From assembly GCA_017543225.1 (NCBI GenBank), contig JAFYGM010000025.1:1-28959 (forward strand): a DNA stretch of 28,959 nucleotides. Direction: 5' to 3'. Below the pieces are notes generated by a model. That model was given only the letters and a program-made list of their open reading frames with translations. It was not told the origin of the DNA and did not search any database. The DNA comes from Oscillospiraceae bacterium. GTDB taxonomy: Bacteria; Bacillota; Clostridia; Oscillospirales; Oscillospiraceae. Below, in pieces: positions 18,093 through 26,404 of the stretch (the first letter of the stretch is position 1; each line of letters begins with the position of its first letter). The translations under genes were made by a program, and so were the position numbers.

Positions 18093-18129
18093 AAAACAGG
18101 GCGCGACCTTGACGGTCACGCCCTGCTTT
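18093..18129 (-). terminator. Rho-independent terminator of pgsA (minus strand)
   Basis: CAGGGCGCGACC-ttgac-GGTCACGCCCTG stem with one mismatch; on the minus strand it is followed by TTTTCCCTGAT. Confidence 0.55.
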
Positions 18130-18139
18130 CAACATGTCG

Positions 18140-18721
18140 TCACGAAGCCGGATGCTCAACGGCTGCTTCTTTCCAGCAGCGCAGATGATAGCGGGTATAG
18201 AGCACCAGCGTTGAAAAAACGCAGATAATGCACAGAACAATCAGTACGGTTGCCACCCAAAAGGGCATATTCTTGAAAATCAGCATCGAAAGTGCAGAAG
18301 CATAGAGCACAACCGTCGAAACCTTCCCATACCAGCGCGCACCGGGAACCTTATTGGTTTTCTTGATGGTGAGATAGCCCAGAATCCCCATGCAGGTTTC
18401 GCGCACAACACAAAGGCCGAGCAGAACCCAGAGGAGGGGATAGGTTAACGCGAGGCAGAACACAATGCTGACCTGCGTCAGCTTGTCTGCGACTGGATCG
18501 AGCGCCTTTCCCAAATCGGAGACCATGTGGCAACGGCGGGCGATCTGTCCGTCAAGAATATCTGTCAGGGCAGACAGAGCCAGCAGAAAAATCGTCAGGG
18601 TGGTGTTATGTTGACCAACGTAAGACCAAACGATAAACGGAACCAAAATCAGGCGGAAAAAAGATAGGATGTTAGGAATCGTCCAGATCTTTCCGTCAGG
18701 AAACAGCTTGCGCATTTGCAC
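18140..18721 (-). CDS. pgsA: CDP-diacylglycerol--glycerol-3-phosphate 3-phosphatidyltransferase (CDP-alcohol phosphatidyltransferase family)
   Basis: PNILSFFRLILVPF...DILDGQIAR...DPVADK is the CDP-OH_P_transf signature D-G-x2-A-R...G-x3-D-x3-D; about 190 aa membrane protein. Confidence 0.8.
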   Translation of the reverse strand: MQMRKLFPDGKIWTIPNILSFFRLILVPFIVWSYVGQHNTTLTIFLLALSALTDILDGQIARRCHMVSDLGKALDPVADKLTQVSIVFCLALTYPLLWVLLGLCVVRETCMGILGYLTIKKTNKVPGARWYGKVSTVVLYASALSMLIFKNMPFWVATVLIVLCIICVFSTLVLYTRYHLRCWKEAAVEHPAS

Positions 18722-18753
18722 ACCTCCCAGTGCGTTGCTTTTATAACATACAT

Positions 18754-18781
18754 ATTATAGCGAGATTCCCGGATATGTCAA
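18754..18781 (-). promoter_or_regulatory. Sigma-70 promoter for pgsA on the minus strand
   Basis: Read on the minus strand: TTGACA-16-TATAAT (plus-strand coordinates: TGTCAA 18776-18781, ATTATA 18754-18759). Confidence 0.55.
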
Positions 18782-18795
18782 CCGAAAAAATTTTT

Positions 18796-18828
18796 GCACA
18801 CCTCGGGTTCAACGAATCCGAGGTGTGC
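18796..18828 (-). terminator. Terminator of the SPFH/zinc-ribbon gene (minus strand)
   Basis: GCACACCTCGG...CCGAGGTGTGC perfect 11-bp stem; on the minus strand it is followed by AAAAATTTTTT. Confidence 0.6.
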
Positions 18829-18842
18829 ATTGCGCGGGACGT

Positions 18843-20162
18843 TTACTTCACGTCTTTTTCGTCGAAAATGTCGCCGCACTCGGGGCAGAACTTCGGAGGA
18901 TGCTTGGGGTCTTCGGGCTCCCAGCCGCATTTATCGCACTTATAAAGCGGTTCGTCCGCAGGCTTCTTCGCGCCGCATTCCATGCAGAACTTGCCCTTGT
19001 TCACTGCGCCGCAGGTCGGACACTTCCAGCCCTCTGCAGCTTCGGGCTTTTTCGCACCGCACTCAACACAGAATTTGCCCGTGTTTTCCGCGCCGCAGGC
19101 ACAGCGCCAAGTACCAGCCTTCGGCGCAGCGGGAGCGGCAGGAGCCGCAGATTGCTGCTGGCCCATTGCAAACAGACTCTGTGCATTGATACCGCCGGCC
19201 TGTTGTGCCATGCCGTAACCGAGGAAGCCGTTCATTGCACCGCTTGCGTTGTTTGCGGCGTCCTTCATTGCCTGACTCTGCGCCTCGACCAGAGTGGCAG
19301 CCGCCATCGTGGGATCGCGCATGATTGCTGCGTGCTGGGCCTTCTTAATCAGGTCCTGATCCTCCTCGGAGAGGGTGATCGGATTCATTGCGACAGAAAC
19401 CACCTGCAAGCCGCGCAGCTCGCCCCATTTCTTGGAAAGGGCGGCGTTCATTGCCTCACTCAGCTCCTCGGCGTGCGCGGGAAGCTCGGAGGGACGAACC
19501 TGCATGGCAGAAATCTTTGCAAAGGCAGGCTGGAGGGCGGAGACGAACTCTGTCTTGAGCTGTGCATCCACCTGACTTCTGGTATAGGGATGCTCGACGT
19601 TGCCGCAGACGTTGGCGTAGAACAGCAGGGGATCAGCAACGCGGTAGGAGTACAGGCCGCTGCAGCGCACAGATACGTCAATGTCCAGATTGATGTTGCG
19701 GTCCACAATGCGGAAGGGGATGGGGGTCGGCGTACCGAACTTGTTGTCGATGATTTCCTTGGTATTGAAATAGTAGACGCGCTGATCCTTGCCGGGATCG
19801 CCGCCAAAGGTAAAGCGCTTGCCGATGAGCTTGAAGGTTTCCTTGATGCCTTTGCCAAGACTTCCGGTAAAGATGGAGGGCTCCGTGGAGTTGTTCCAGA
19901 CGAACTCGCCCGGCTCTGCGCAGACCTCAACGATCTTGCCCTGCTCGACAATAATCATGCACTGGCCGTCTGCCACCGCAATGACAGAGCCGTTTGAGAT
20001 GATGTTGTCGTTCCCTTTTGTGTTGCTTGAACGCCCGGAGATTCGCTTCTGCCCCTTGACGACAAGAACATCCTTGTCGATTGCGTCACAATAAAAGAAT
20101 TCTTTCCACTGATCGGCGAGAACTCCACCAACAGCGCCAAGACCGGCTGCAATAAGTCCCAT
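18843..20162 (-). CDS. SPFH/band-7-like protein with a C-terminal triple zinc-ribbon (COG4260-like)
   Basis: Start set at MGLIAAG (20162) preceded by AAAGGAGAA; the longer ORF to 20378 has no RBS. Predicted N-terminal hydrophobic/TM segment GLIAAGLGAVGGVL. Central alpha/beta region is consistent with SPFH. The C-terminus carries three tandem W/Y-x-C-x2-C-G...K-F-C-x-E-C-G zinc ribbons (CACG..CVECG, CPTCG..CMECG, CDKCG..CPECG). Confidence 0.55.
   Translation of the reverse strand: MGLIAAGLGAVGGVLADQWKEFFYCDAIDKDVLVVKGQKRISGRSSNTKGNDNIISNGSVIAVADGQCMIIVEQGKIVEVCAEPGEFVWNNSTEPSIFTGSLGKGIKETFKLIGKRFTFGGDPGKDQRVYYFNTKEIIDNKFGTPTPIPFRIVDRNINLDIDVSVRCSGLYSYRVADPLLFYANVCGNVEHPYTRSQVDAQLKTEFVSALQPAFAKISAMQVRPSELPAHAEELSEAMNAALSKKWGELRGLQVVSVAMNPITLSEEDQDLIKKAQHAAIMRDPTMAAATLVEAQSQAMKDAANNASGAMNGFLGYGMAQQAGGINAQSLFAMGQQQSAAPAAPAAPKAGTWRCACGAENTGKFCVECGAKKPEAAEGWKCPTCGAVNKGKFCMECGAKKPADEPLYKCDKCGWEPEDPKHPPKFCPECGDIFDEKDVK
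18846..19125 (-). repeat. Intragenic tandem repeats encoding the three zinc-ribbon modules
   Basis: About 84-bp units recur at the DNA level (for example GCGCCGCATTCCATGCAGAACTTGCCCTTGTT versus GCACCGCACTCAACACAGAATTTGCCCGTGTT), roughly 75% identical. Confidence 0.5.
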
Positions 20163-20234
20163 GTAATGATTCTCCTTTCGTCTCAAAACAGGTTGGAATT
20201 GAGGGATGAGAGGGTTTTCATCCTTCCTTTTGCT

Positions 20235-20263
20235 ATTATATAACATTTCTATCCAAACCGCAA
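20235..20263 (-). promoter_or_regulatory. Candidate promoter for the SPFH gene on the minus strand
   Basis: Minus-strand read TTGCGG-17-TATAAT. Confidence 0.4.
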
Positions 20264-20315
20264 TGAGAAAATGATCTTTTTTCGGACGAGATGAACAAAG
20301 CCGGTGCGAATAATC

Positions 20316-20344
20316 ATTGACGAAAGCCGAAAAGTAGAGTACAA
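20316..20344 (+). promoter_or_regulatory. Candidate promoter for pepF
   Basis: TTGACG-17-TACAAT, about 50 nt upstream of ATG 20395. Confidence 0.45.
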
Positions 20345-20394
20345 TAGCGGCATGGAACCCATACCATGCTATGAGCAAGAAAGGAAGTTACAAC

Positions 20395-22200
20395 ATGGCT
20401 GAAACGAAGAAAATTCTGGAGCGCAAGGAAATCGAAGAGAAGGATCGCTGGGCGATTGAAGATCTGTATCCCAACGACGAGGCCTGGTCGAAGGATCTGG
20501 AAAAGCTGAAGGCGCTGACGGCCGAGCTTGCCGGATTTGCCGGGACGCTGGGCAAGGATGCGAAAACGCTTCTGGCCTATGCACAAAAGGTGGAAGAGAG
20601 CGTCGTTTTGCTGAGCAATCTGCTGAACTATTCCTCTCGCCGCAACGATGAGGATACCCGCGTTGCCAAGTATCAGGAGATGGACGGAATGGCAATGTCC
20701 GCATATGTGGCCTATGCCTCCGCGACTGCGTTTGAGACGCCTGAGATCATGGCGATTGACGATGAGACAATGGATCGCTTCTACGCCGAGGAACCCGGAC
20801 TGGAGCGCTTCCGCCGTTACATCTTCAACATCCGCCGCCACGCCGCGCACGTCCTGAGCGCAGAGCAGGAGAAGCTGCTGGCAATGACCGGCGAGATGAT
20901 GCAGGCTCCGGCTGACATCTACTCCAAGTTTGCCGACGCCGATCTGACCTTCCCCGACGCGGTAGATAAGGACGGCGGCAAGCATCCGCTGTCTCAGGGA
21001 ACCTACATTTCCCTGATGGAGTCCGAGGACCGCGAGCTGCGCAAGTCCGCATTCTGCAACACCTACAATACTTGGGCTGCGCACAAGAATTCTGTTGCCT
21101 CCATGCTGAATGCGCAGGTCAAGAGCCTGCAGTTCAACGCCAATGCACGCAAGTACGCCTCTTCGCTCGAGGCTGCACTGGATCACACCAACGTCCCCGT
21201 CAGCGTCTATCACAATCTGATTGAGGCCGTCCATCAGAATTTTGACAAGCTGCACCGCTATGTCCGCCTTCGCAAGAAGCTGCTCGGTCTGGACGAGCTG
21301 CACTTCTACGATCTCTATACGCAGCTGGTTCCCGGCGCAGATGCGAAGATTCCCTTCGAGCAGGCCAAGCAGACGGTATACGATTCTCTTGCACCGATGG
21401 GCGAGGACTACCGCAAGATCCTCAAGGAGGGCTTTGAAAACCGCTGGATCGACGTATATCAGAATGTCGGCAAGCGCAGCGGCGCGTATTCTGCCGGCGC
21501 CTTCGTGCATCCCTACGTTCTGCTGAACTATTCCGGGACGCTCGACAGCCAGTTCACGCTGGCCCATGAGATGGGCCATGCGCTGCATTCCTATCATTCC
21601 AACAAGTATCAGACGCCCGTGGATGCCGACTATGTGATCTTTGTTGCCGAGGTTGCCTCCACCTGCAACGAGGCGCTTCTGATGGAGTATCTGCTTTCCA
21701 AGACCACCGACAAGAAGGAACGCGCCTATCTGATCAACCATTTCCTCGAGCAGTTCCGCGCAACGCTGTACCGTCAGACCATGTTTGCCGAGTTTGAAAT
21801 GATTCTCGGTCAACTGAACCAGCAGGGCGTCGCTCTGACCGCCGAGCGGATGTGCGAGGAGTATAAAAAGCTCAACCGCCTCTACTTCGGCGAGGACATC
21901 GTGATCGACGATGAGATTGCCTATGAATGGGAGCGCATTCCGCACTTCTACTACAACTACTATGTCTTCCAGTATGCGACCGGCTACTCTGCCGCAATTG
22001 CGCTGTCCCGTCGAATTCTCCGTGAGGGAGAGAGTGCGGTGAAGGATTACATCGGCTTCCTCTCCGGCGGCTGCAGCAAGGACCCCATCGACCTGCTCAA
22101 GGGCGCCGGCGTCGATATGTCCACTCCGGAGCCTGTCAATCAGGCGCTTGCCCTCTTCGGCGAGCTGCTGGATGAGATGGAGGAGCTGATGGCAGAGTGA
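20395..22200 (+). CDS. pepF: Oligoendopeptidase F (M3B family)
   Basis: HEMGHALHSY zinc motif, a downstream Glu (AEVAST), and a PepF-like overall length of about 600 aa. Start at MAETKK with AAGGAAG RBS. Confidence 0.85.
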   Translation: MAETKKILERKEIEEKDRWAIEDLYPNDEAWSKDLEKLKALTAELAGFAGTLGKDAKTLLAYAQKVEESVVLLSNLLNYSSRRNDEDTRVAKYQEMDGMAMSAYVAYASATAFETPEIMAIDDETMDRFYAEEPGLERFRRYIFNIRRHAAHVLSAEQEKLLAMTGEMMQAPADIYSKFADADLTFPDAVDKDGGKHPLSQGTYISLMESEDRELRKSAFCNTYNTWAAHKNSVASMLNAQVKSLQFNANARKYASSLEAALDHTNVPVSVYHNLIEAVHQNFDKLHRYVRLRKKLLGLDELHFYDLYTQLVPGADAKIPFEQAKQTVYDSLAPMGEDYRKILKEGFENRWIDVYQNVGKRSGAYSAGAFVHPYVLLNYSGTLDSQFTLAHEMGHALHSYHSNKYQTPVDADYVIFVAEVASTCNEALLMEYLLSKTTDKKERAYLINHFLEQFRATLYRQTMFAEFEMILGQLNQQGVALTAERMCEEYKKLNRLYFGEDIVIDDEIAYEWERIPHFYYNYYVFQYATGYSAAIALSRRILREGESAVKDYIGFLSGGCSKDPIDLLKGAGVDMSTPEPVNQALALFGELLDEMEELMAE

Positions 22201-22490
22201 ATGCCGTCTTTCTGCCTGTCTTTCATCACTTTGAAAACGGAAATGTCTTCACAGGTTCGAGCGGACTGTTCCGCTATAAAATCACCCCAAGCGTCGTGAT
22301 GGCGACGCCCAAAGAGGTCGATCACGCAGCCAGCTCCATTCGGGCAGAGTATTGGCACGGCCTGCTCAGCTATGAGTTCAGCGAGATCGAGGGAGAAAAG
22401 GTCTTTCCCATGTCCGAGGAAGGCCGCGTCGAGATGCTGAACTGGCTGGAAGAAAACCGTTTGCAGCAGGATCACGCTGAGAACACCTGA
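22197..22490 (+). CDS. Hypothetical small protein (97 aa), translationally coupled to pepF
   Basis: ATGA overlap with the pepF stop; no recognisable motif; acidic C-terminus. Confidence 0.35.
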   Translation: MNAVFLPVFHHFENGNVFTGSSGLFRYKITPSVVMATPKEVDHAASSIRAEYWHGLLSYEFSEIEGEKVFPMSEEGRVEMLNWLEENRLQQDHAENT

Positions 22491-22516
22491 TTTCTGCAAG
22501 AAGAGAGGAGGCTGCC

Positions 22517-23206
22517 ATGCTCTGGCTTTTGGACGGTGTGGATCAGATTTCATACGACGCCGTTTCCTGCCTTCTCCCAACGCTCTCGCTCCGAAGAGAA
22601 CAGGCCGCCTGTTCTCTTCGGAGTCGGGAGGCACAGGTGCAGCGCTTCTTTGCGGAGCTTTTGCTGCGCCGTGCAGTCCGGCAGGAGTTCGGCCTTCCTG
22701 AGCTTCCCGCAATGCAAGCCGGGGAGAAGGGGAAACCCTTCTTTCCGGACTTCCCAGCGCTCCAGTTCAACCTCTCCCATTGCAAAAATGCAGTGGCGTG
22801 TGCTCTGGATACAGCGCCGCTTGGCGTGGACGTGCAGGAGCTTCGCCCGCTTCACCGGAGAAGCGGGCAGAAGGAACCTGCCATTTATCGCATTCTGTCT
22901 CCGCGTGAGCGCACATGGGTGACGGAAGCGGCGTGTGATGCGGAGCGAGACGTCCGCTTTCTGACGGTTTGGACTTGCAAGGAGGCGTACGGCAAAGCCT
23001 TGGGCTGCGGCTATCTTTATGATCTGAAATCGACGGAGTTCCTTCCGTATCCCGAGAAATGGCGGCAATATGGGTTCTCCTTCTTATGTGGAACTCTGGC
23101 GGACGCAGTTTGGACGATTTGTGCGCAGACCAGCTTGCCGACAGTTACGTTGACCGCTTCTGATTTGCTTGCGGAAGCAATCCTGAAATGCTCCGAATTA
23201 CGATAA
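22517..23206 (+). CDS. 4'-phosphopantetheinyl transferase, Sfp-type
   Basis: GKPFFPD, FNLSHCKNAVACAL, VGVDVQE and WTCKEAYGKALG match the PPTase motifs; GAGGAGG RBS. Confidence 0.75.
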   Translation: MLWLLDGVDQISYDAVSCLLPTLSLRREQAACSLRSREAQVQRFFAELLLRRAVRQEFGLPELPAMQAGEKGKPFFPDFPALQFNLSHCKNAVACALDTAPLGVDVQELRPLHRRSGQKEPAIYRILSPRERTWVTEAACDAERDVRFLTVWTCKEAYGKALGCGYLYDLKSTEFLPYPEKWRQYGFSFLCGTLADAVWTICAQTSLPTVTLTASDLLAEAILKCSELR

Positions 23207-23247
23207 CAGGCGGCGATTCCTGCCGCCGGAAAGGAAGGAAAAGCGAT

Positions 23248-23997
23248 ATGTTTGACGCTCAAAAAGTGACGGAAGCCTGCGTCCGATGGATTCGGGACTT
23301 CTTTGAAGAAAACGGTCCCGGCTGCAATGCAGTTTTGGGAATTTCCGGCGGAAAGGACAGCTCGGTTGCCGCCGCACTCTGCGTGCGCGCACTCGGCAGG
23401 GAGCGCGTGATCGGCGTGCTGATGCCGAACGGCGTTCAGCATGACATTGACATGGCGCATCTGCTTTGCGATCATCTGGGGATCGAGCATTACGTTGTCA
23501 ACATCCACGACGCAGTGGAGGGCCTGAAGACGGCGATTCCGGCGGAACTGACGTTATCCACGCAGAGCCTGACCAATCTCTCACCCAGAATTCGCATGGC
23601 AACGGTCTATGCAATCAGCCAGAGCCGCAACGGGCGTGTGGTGAACACCTGCAATCTGTCTGAGGACTGGGTTGGTTACTCGACCCGCTACGGCGACGCT
23701 GCAGGCGATTTCAGCCCCATGTCTCATCTGACCGTGCAGGAGGTCAAGGCGGTCGGGCGCTTCCTCGGCCTGCCCGAGGTGCTGGTGGAGAAGGTTCCCA
23801 TTGACGGACTCTGCGGCAAGACTGATGAGGACAATCTGGGATTCACCTATGCCGTGCTGGATCGTTATATCCGCACCGGTGAAATCGAAGACGCCGATAC
23901 CAAAGAGCGGATTGACCGACTGCACCGCCGCAACCTGTTTAAGCTCCAGTTGATGCCAAGCTTTGACTTCGGAATTCCAACAAAGGCCGACAACTAA
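23248..23997 (+). CDS. nadE: NH3-dependent NAD+ synthetase
   Basis: PP-loop GISGGKDSS; about 250 aa. ATG 23248 follows AAGGAAGGAAAAG; the upstream extension overlaps the PPTase gene. Confidence 0.8.
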   Translation: MFDAQKVTEACVRWIRDFFEENGPGCNAVLGISGGKDSSVAAALCVRALGRERVIGVLMPNGVQHDIDMAHLLCDHLGIEHYVVNIHDAVEGLKTAIPAELTLSTQSLTNLSPRIRMATVYAISQSRNGRVVNTCNLSEDWVGYSTRYGDAAGDFSPMSHLTVQEVKAVGRFLGLPEVLVEKVPIDGLCGKTDEDNLGFTYAVLDRYIRTGEIEDADTKERIDRLHRRNLFKLQLMPSFDFGIPTKADN

Positions 23998-24031
23998 CCG
24001 GGATCGGAAGATAAAAGATAGAGGGGAAAGC

Positions 24032-24817
24032 ATGATGCTTGCAAACTATCATACACACACCCCGCGCTGCAATCACGCCGTCGGGAAAGAACGGCGGTAT
24101 GTAGAGCGCGCATTGGAAGGCGGTTTCAAGGAGCTGGGCTTTTCAGATCATACCCCTTATTTTTTCGGTGAACCGGGCTACTATTCCTCCTTTCGGATGC
24201 ACCCGGACGAACTGGAGGATTATGTGCAGACCCTTTTGGCACTGCGGGAGGAATATGCCGGACGTATTCAAATCTATATCGGCTTAGAGGCAGAATACTA
24301 TCCCAAGTATTTTCTGCGTCTGTTGGAGTATATGCGCCTGTTTCCGATGGACTATCTGATCCTCGGGCAGCATATGCTGTACAATGAGGAAGAAGGCGTC
24401 GCGTCTCCACGCCCGACGGCGGATGAAAAGCTTTTGGATCAATACCGTGGACAGACGCTCGAGGCCTTGGAAACCGGCCTGTTTTCCTATTTTGCACATC
24501 CCGACCTGTTTCATTTTATTGGAGATGAAAAGGTTTATGACCGTCACGTTCGGGCAATTTGCCGCCGGGCGAACGAGCTGCACCTGCCGTTGGAGTACAA
24601 TCTTCAGGGGCAGCGGGATCGGAAGCACTACCCGGACCCGCGATTCTGGCGGATAGCGGCAGAGGAAGGCTCAGAGGTCGTTATCGGCAGTGACGCACAT
24701 GCACCCTTGATGACGTGGGATCCCCAAAGCACAGCCGAAGCCGAGACCTTCCTGCAAACGCTCGGGATCGCCCCAGTCCAATTCGTTCGCCTCCGTCCCA
24801 TTCAAAAATCCAAATAA
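24032..24817 (+). CDS. PHP-domain histidinol-phosphatase family protein (HisJ/YcdX-like)
   Basis: N-terminal YHTHTPRCNHA and later DH/H metal-ligand pattern typical of PHP phosphoesterases; about 260 aa. Confidence 0.65.
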   Translation: MMLANYHTHTPRCNHAVGKERRYVERALEGGFKELGFSDHTPYFFGEPGYYSSFRMHPDELEDYVQTLLALREEYAGRIQIYIGLEAEYYPKYFLRLLEYMRLFPMDYLILGQHMLYNEEEGVASPRPTADEKLLDQYRGQTLEALETGLFSYFAHPDLFHFIGDEKVYDRHVRAICRRANELHLPLEYNLQGQRDRKHYPDPRFWRIAAEEGSEVVIGSDAHAPLMTWDPQSTAEAETFLQTLGIAPVQFVRLRPIQKSK

Positions 24818-24850
24818 GAAAAAATTTTTTCAAAAAGCCAAAAATAAAGC

Positions 24851-24882
24851 TTGCATTTTCAAACGAAGTGTGCTATTATAAT
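24851..24882 (+). promoter_or_regulatory. Promoter for tRNA-Pro
   Basis: TTGCAT-17-TATTAT, overlapping a TATAAT hexamer, about 15 nt upstream of the tRNA 5' end. Confidence 0.5.
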
Positions 24883-24897
24883 GCCCGCAAGAGAGAT

Positions 24898-24974
24898 CCG
24901 GGTGTGGCGAAGTTTGGTATCGCGCTTGAATGGGGTTCAAGAGGCCGCTGGTTCGAATCCAGTCACTCGGACCA
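24898..24974 (+). tRNA. tRNA-Pro (anticodon GGG), CCA encoded
   Basis: Manually folded cloverleaf: 7-bp acceptor CCGGGTG/CACTCGG (one G-U), D-stem GCGA/TCGC, anticodon stem CTTGA/TCAAG, loop AUGGGGU (U33, GGG, G37), 5-nt variable loop, T-arm GCTGG-TTCGAAT-CCAGT, discriminator A, CCA. 77 nt. Confidence 0.85.
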
Positions 24975-24982
24975 ATGAAAAA

Positions 24983-25010
24983 TCCTGTCACTTTGGTGGC
25001 AGGATTTTTT
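24983..25010 (+). terminator. Rho-independent terminator after tRNA-Pro
   Basis: TCCTGTCAC-tttg-GTGGCAGGA stem followed by TTTTTT. Confidence 0.8.
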
Positions 25011-25043
25011 CACACCATAGACACTGCTTAGGAGGAACATCGG

Positions 25044-25325
25044 ATGAAGCATGTTATTCTTGTGAAGTTTGTTACAGGCACCGACGTGTCTGCTTTGACC
25101 GCGCCGATTACGGAGATTTTTGAGCAATGCCTGACCCTTCCCGGCATTCATGGGCTGACCGTCCGCCGCTCCAACTCGGACCGGCCCAACCGCTATGATC
25201 TGATGATCGAGCTGGATATGGACAAAGCCACTCTGCAGATTTACGACGCTTCCGCGCCGCACCTTCGCTGGAAGACCGAATACGGTTCGTTCGTGGAGAA
25301 AAAGGCAATTTTTGACTACGACTGA
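25044..25325 (+). CDS. Dabb (stress-responsive dimeric alpha+beta barrel) family small protein
   Basis: 93 aa: MKHVILVKF...GLTV...RYDLMIELDMDKATLQIYDASAPH...FDYD matches the Dabb pattern (MIKHIVLFKFK...FDYE). GGAGGA RBS. Confidence 0.55.
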   Translation: MKHVILVKFVTGTDVSALTAPITEIFEQCLTLPGIHGLTVRRSNSDRPNRYDLMIELDMDKATLQIYDASAPHLRWKTEYGSFVEKKAIFDYD

Positions 25326-25382
25326 CGGAAAATGTAACAAGCAAATTGCATGAATTGAACTGAAATTTGTAGAAAACATCTC

Positions 25383-25411
25383 TTGCATTCTATTGAGAGA
25401 TGTGATAATAT
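25383..25411 (+). promoter_or_regulatory. Promoter for the repeat lipoprotein gene
   Basis: TTGCAT-17-TGaTAATAT (extended -10); embedded in the 8-bp inverted repeat ACATCTCT/AGAGATGT. Confidence 0.45.
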
Positions 25412-25492
25412 TCCCCCTGTGCGTTGTCGGATCATGGCAACGCGAGACTCGCTCTGGAGTTTGAATCAATAGAAAGGAAAAGGAATCGAATT

Positions 25493-26344
25493 ATGAAACA
25501 TTTTTTCTGCATACTTCTCATTGCTGCCCTGACGCTGTGTATTTTCGTTGGCTGCAATGACTCTACTGGCACGTCAAGCACTGCGGCGACCGCTTCGACG
25601 ATGGAATCTGCTGCTGAGACGACCGCTTCCGCCGCAGAGACCACCACAGAGGCTGCTACGGACACGACCGCTGCCGCCGCAGAGACCACCACAGAGGCTG
25701 CTACGGACACGACTGCCGAGGCTCCCGCAACCCAGCCCGCTTCTCTTGGCAACAGCTCTGAGCTGCTCGAGGGCCTGACCCTTGAGGATGCCGCCATTGT
25801 GATCGACGGCGTTCTGTACAAGAGTGAAGATCCATACTCCCTGCTTGTGGAGAACGGCTGGGACTTCAATTTTGAGGATTACAACATTGACGAAGACTAC
25901 GTTCTGAACAAGGGCGAGTACATCTACTCCACGGTTCATCTGAAGAACCCCACGAAGTACGGTGACAAGTACGCGAACCCCGAAATTACGATCGGCTTCA
26001 TCAACAATGCTGACACGGTGAAGCCTCTCAAGGAGTGCTCCATTCACGGAATCGAAGTGGACGGCTCTCACGGATTTCGCAGATTTGAGGACGATCCGAA
26101 CGAAGAAGTTTCCTGCTATGACTTCGAGATCATCAAGGGCCTGCGTCGCGGCTCCTCTATGGAGGATGTCAAGGCAGCTTGGGGCGAACCCAAGGACGTG
26201 TACGTTGCCGACGGGGATGATTATCACTACGAACAGTTGACCTATCAGGGCGACCACGTTACCTACAAGCTCAAGGTCTTCACCAAGCCGGAAATCGGTC
26301 TTCAGGGCGTTTCGATTTCCGATACGAGAAACTGGACGCGGTAA
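25493..26344 (+). CDS. Lipoprotein of unknown function with a Thr/Ala/Glu-rich repeat linker
   Basis: Signal peptide plus lipobox MKHFFCILLIAALTLCIFVGC; low-complexity linker with (A)AAETTTEAATDTT x2; about 200-aa C-terminal globular domain with no recognisable motif. Confidence 0.55.
   Translation: MKHFFCILLIAALTLCIFVGCNDSTGTSSTAATASTMESAAETTASAAETTTEAATDTTAAAAETTTEAATDTTAEAPATQPASLGNSSELLEGLTLEDAAIVIDGVLYKSEDPYSLLVENGWDFNFEDYNIDEDYVLNKGEYIYSTVHLKNPTKYGDKYANPEITIGFINNADTVKPLKECSIHGIEVDGSHGFRRFEDDPNEEVSCYDFEIIKGLRRGSSMEDVKAAWGEPKDVYVADGDDYHYEQLTYQGDHVTYKLKVFTKPEIGLQGVSISDTRNWTR
25624..25713 (+). repeat. 45-bp tandem duplication (2 copies) within the lipoprotein linker
   Basis: CGCTnCCGCCGCAGAGACCACCACAGAGGCTGCTACGGACACGAC repeated at 25624-25668 and 25669-25713, with one mismatch. 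Confidence 0.8.
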
Positions 26345-26356
26345 TTCCACAGAATC

Positions 26357-26393
26357 AAACAGGATCGACCTTGCCGAGGCCGATCCTGTTTTA
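26357..26393 (+). terminator. Rho-independent terminator after the lipoprotein gene
   Basis: AAACAGGATCG...CGATCCTGTTT stem followed by TTTT. Confidence 0.7.
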
Positions 26394-26404
26394 CTAAGGG
26401 TAAG

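Noticed and set aside
24818-24850. AAAAAATTTTTT palindrome after the PHP gene as a possible terminator
   Set aside because: Pure A/T palindrome without a GC stem; more likely part of the UP-element/AT-rich region of the tRNA promoter.
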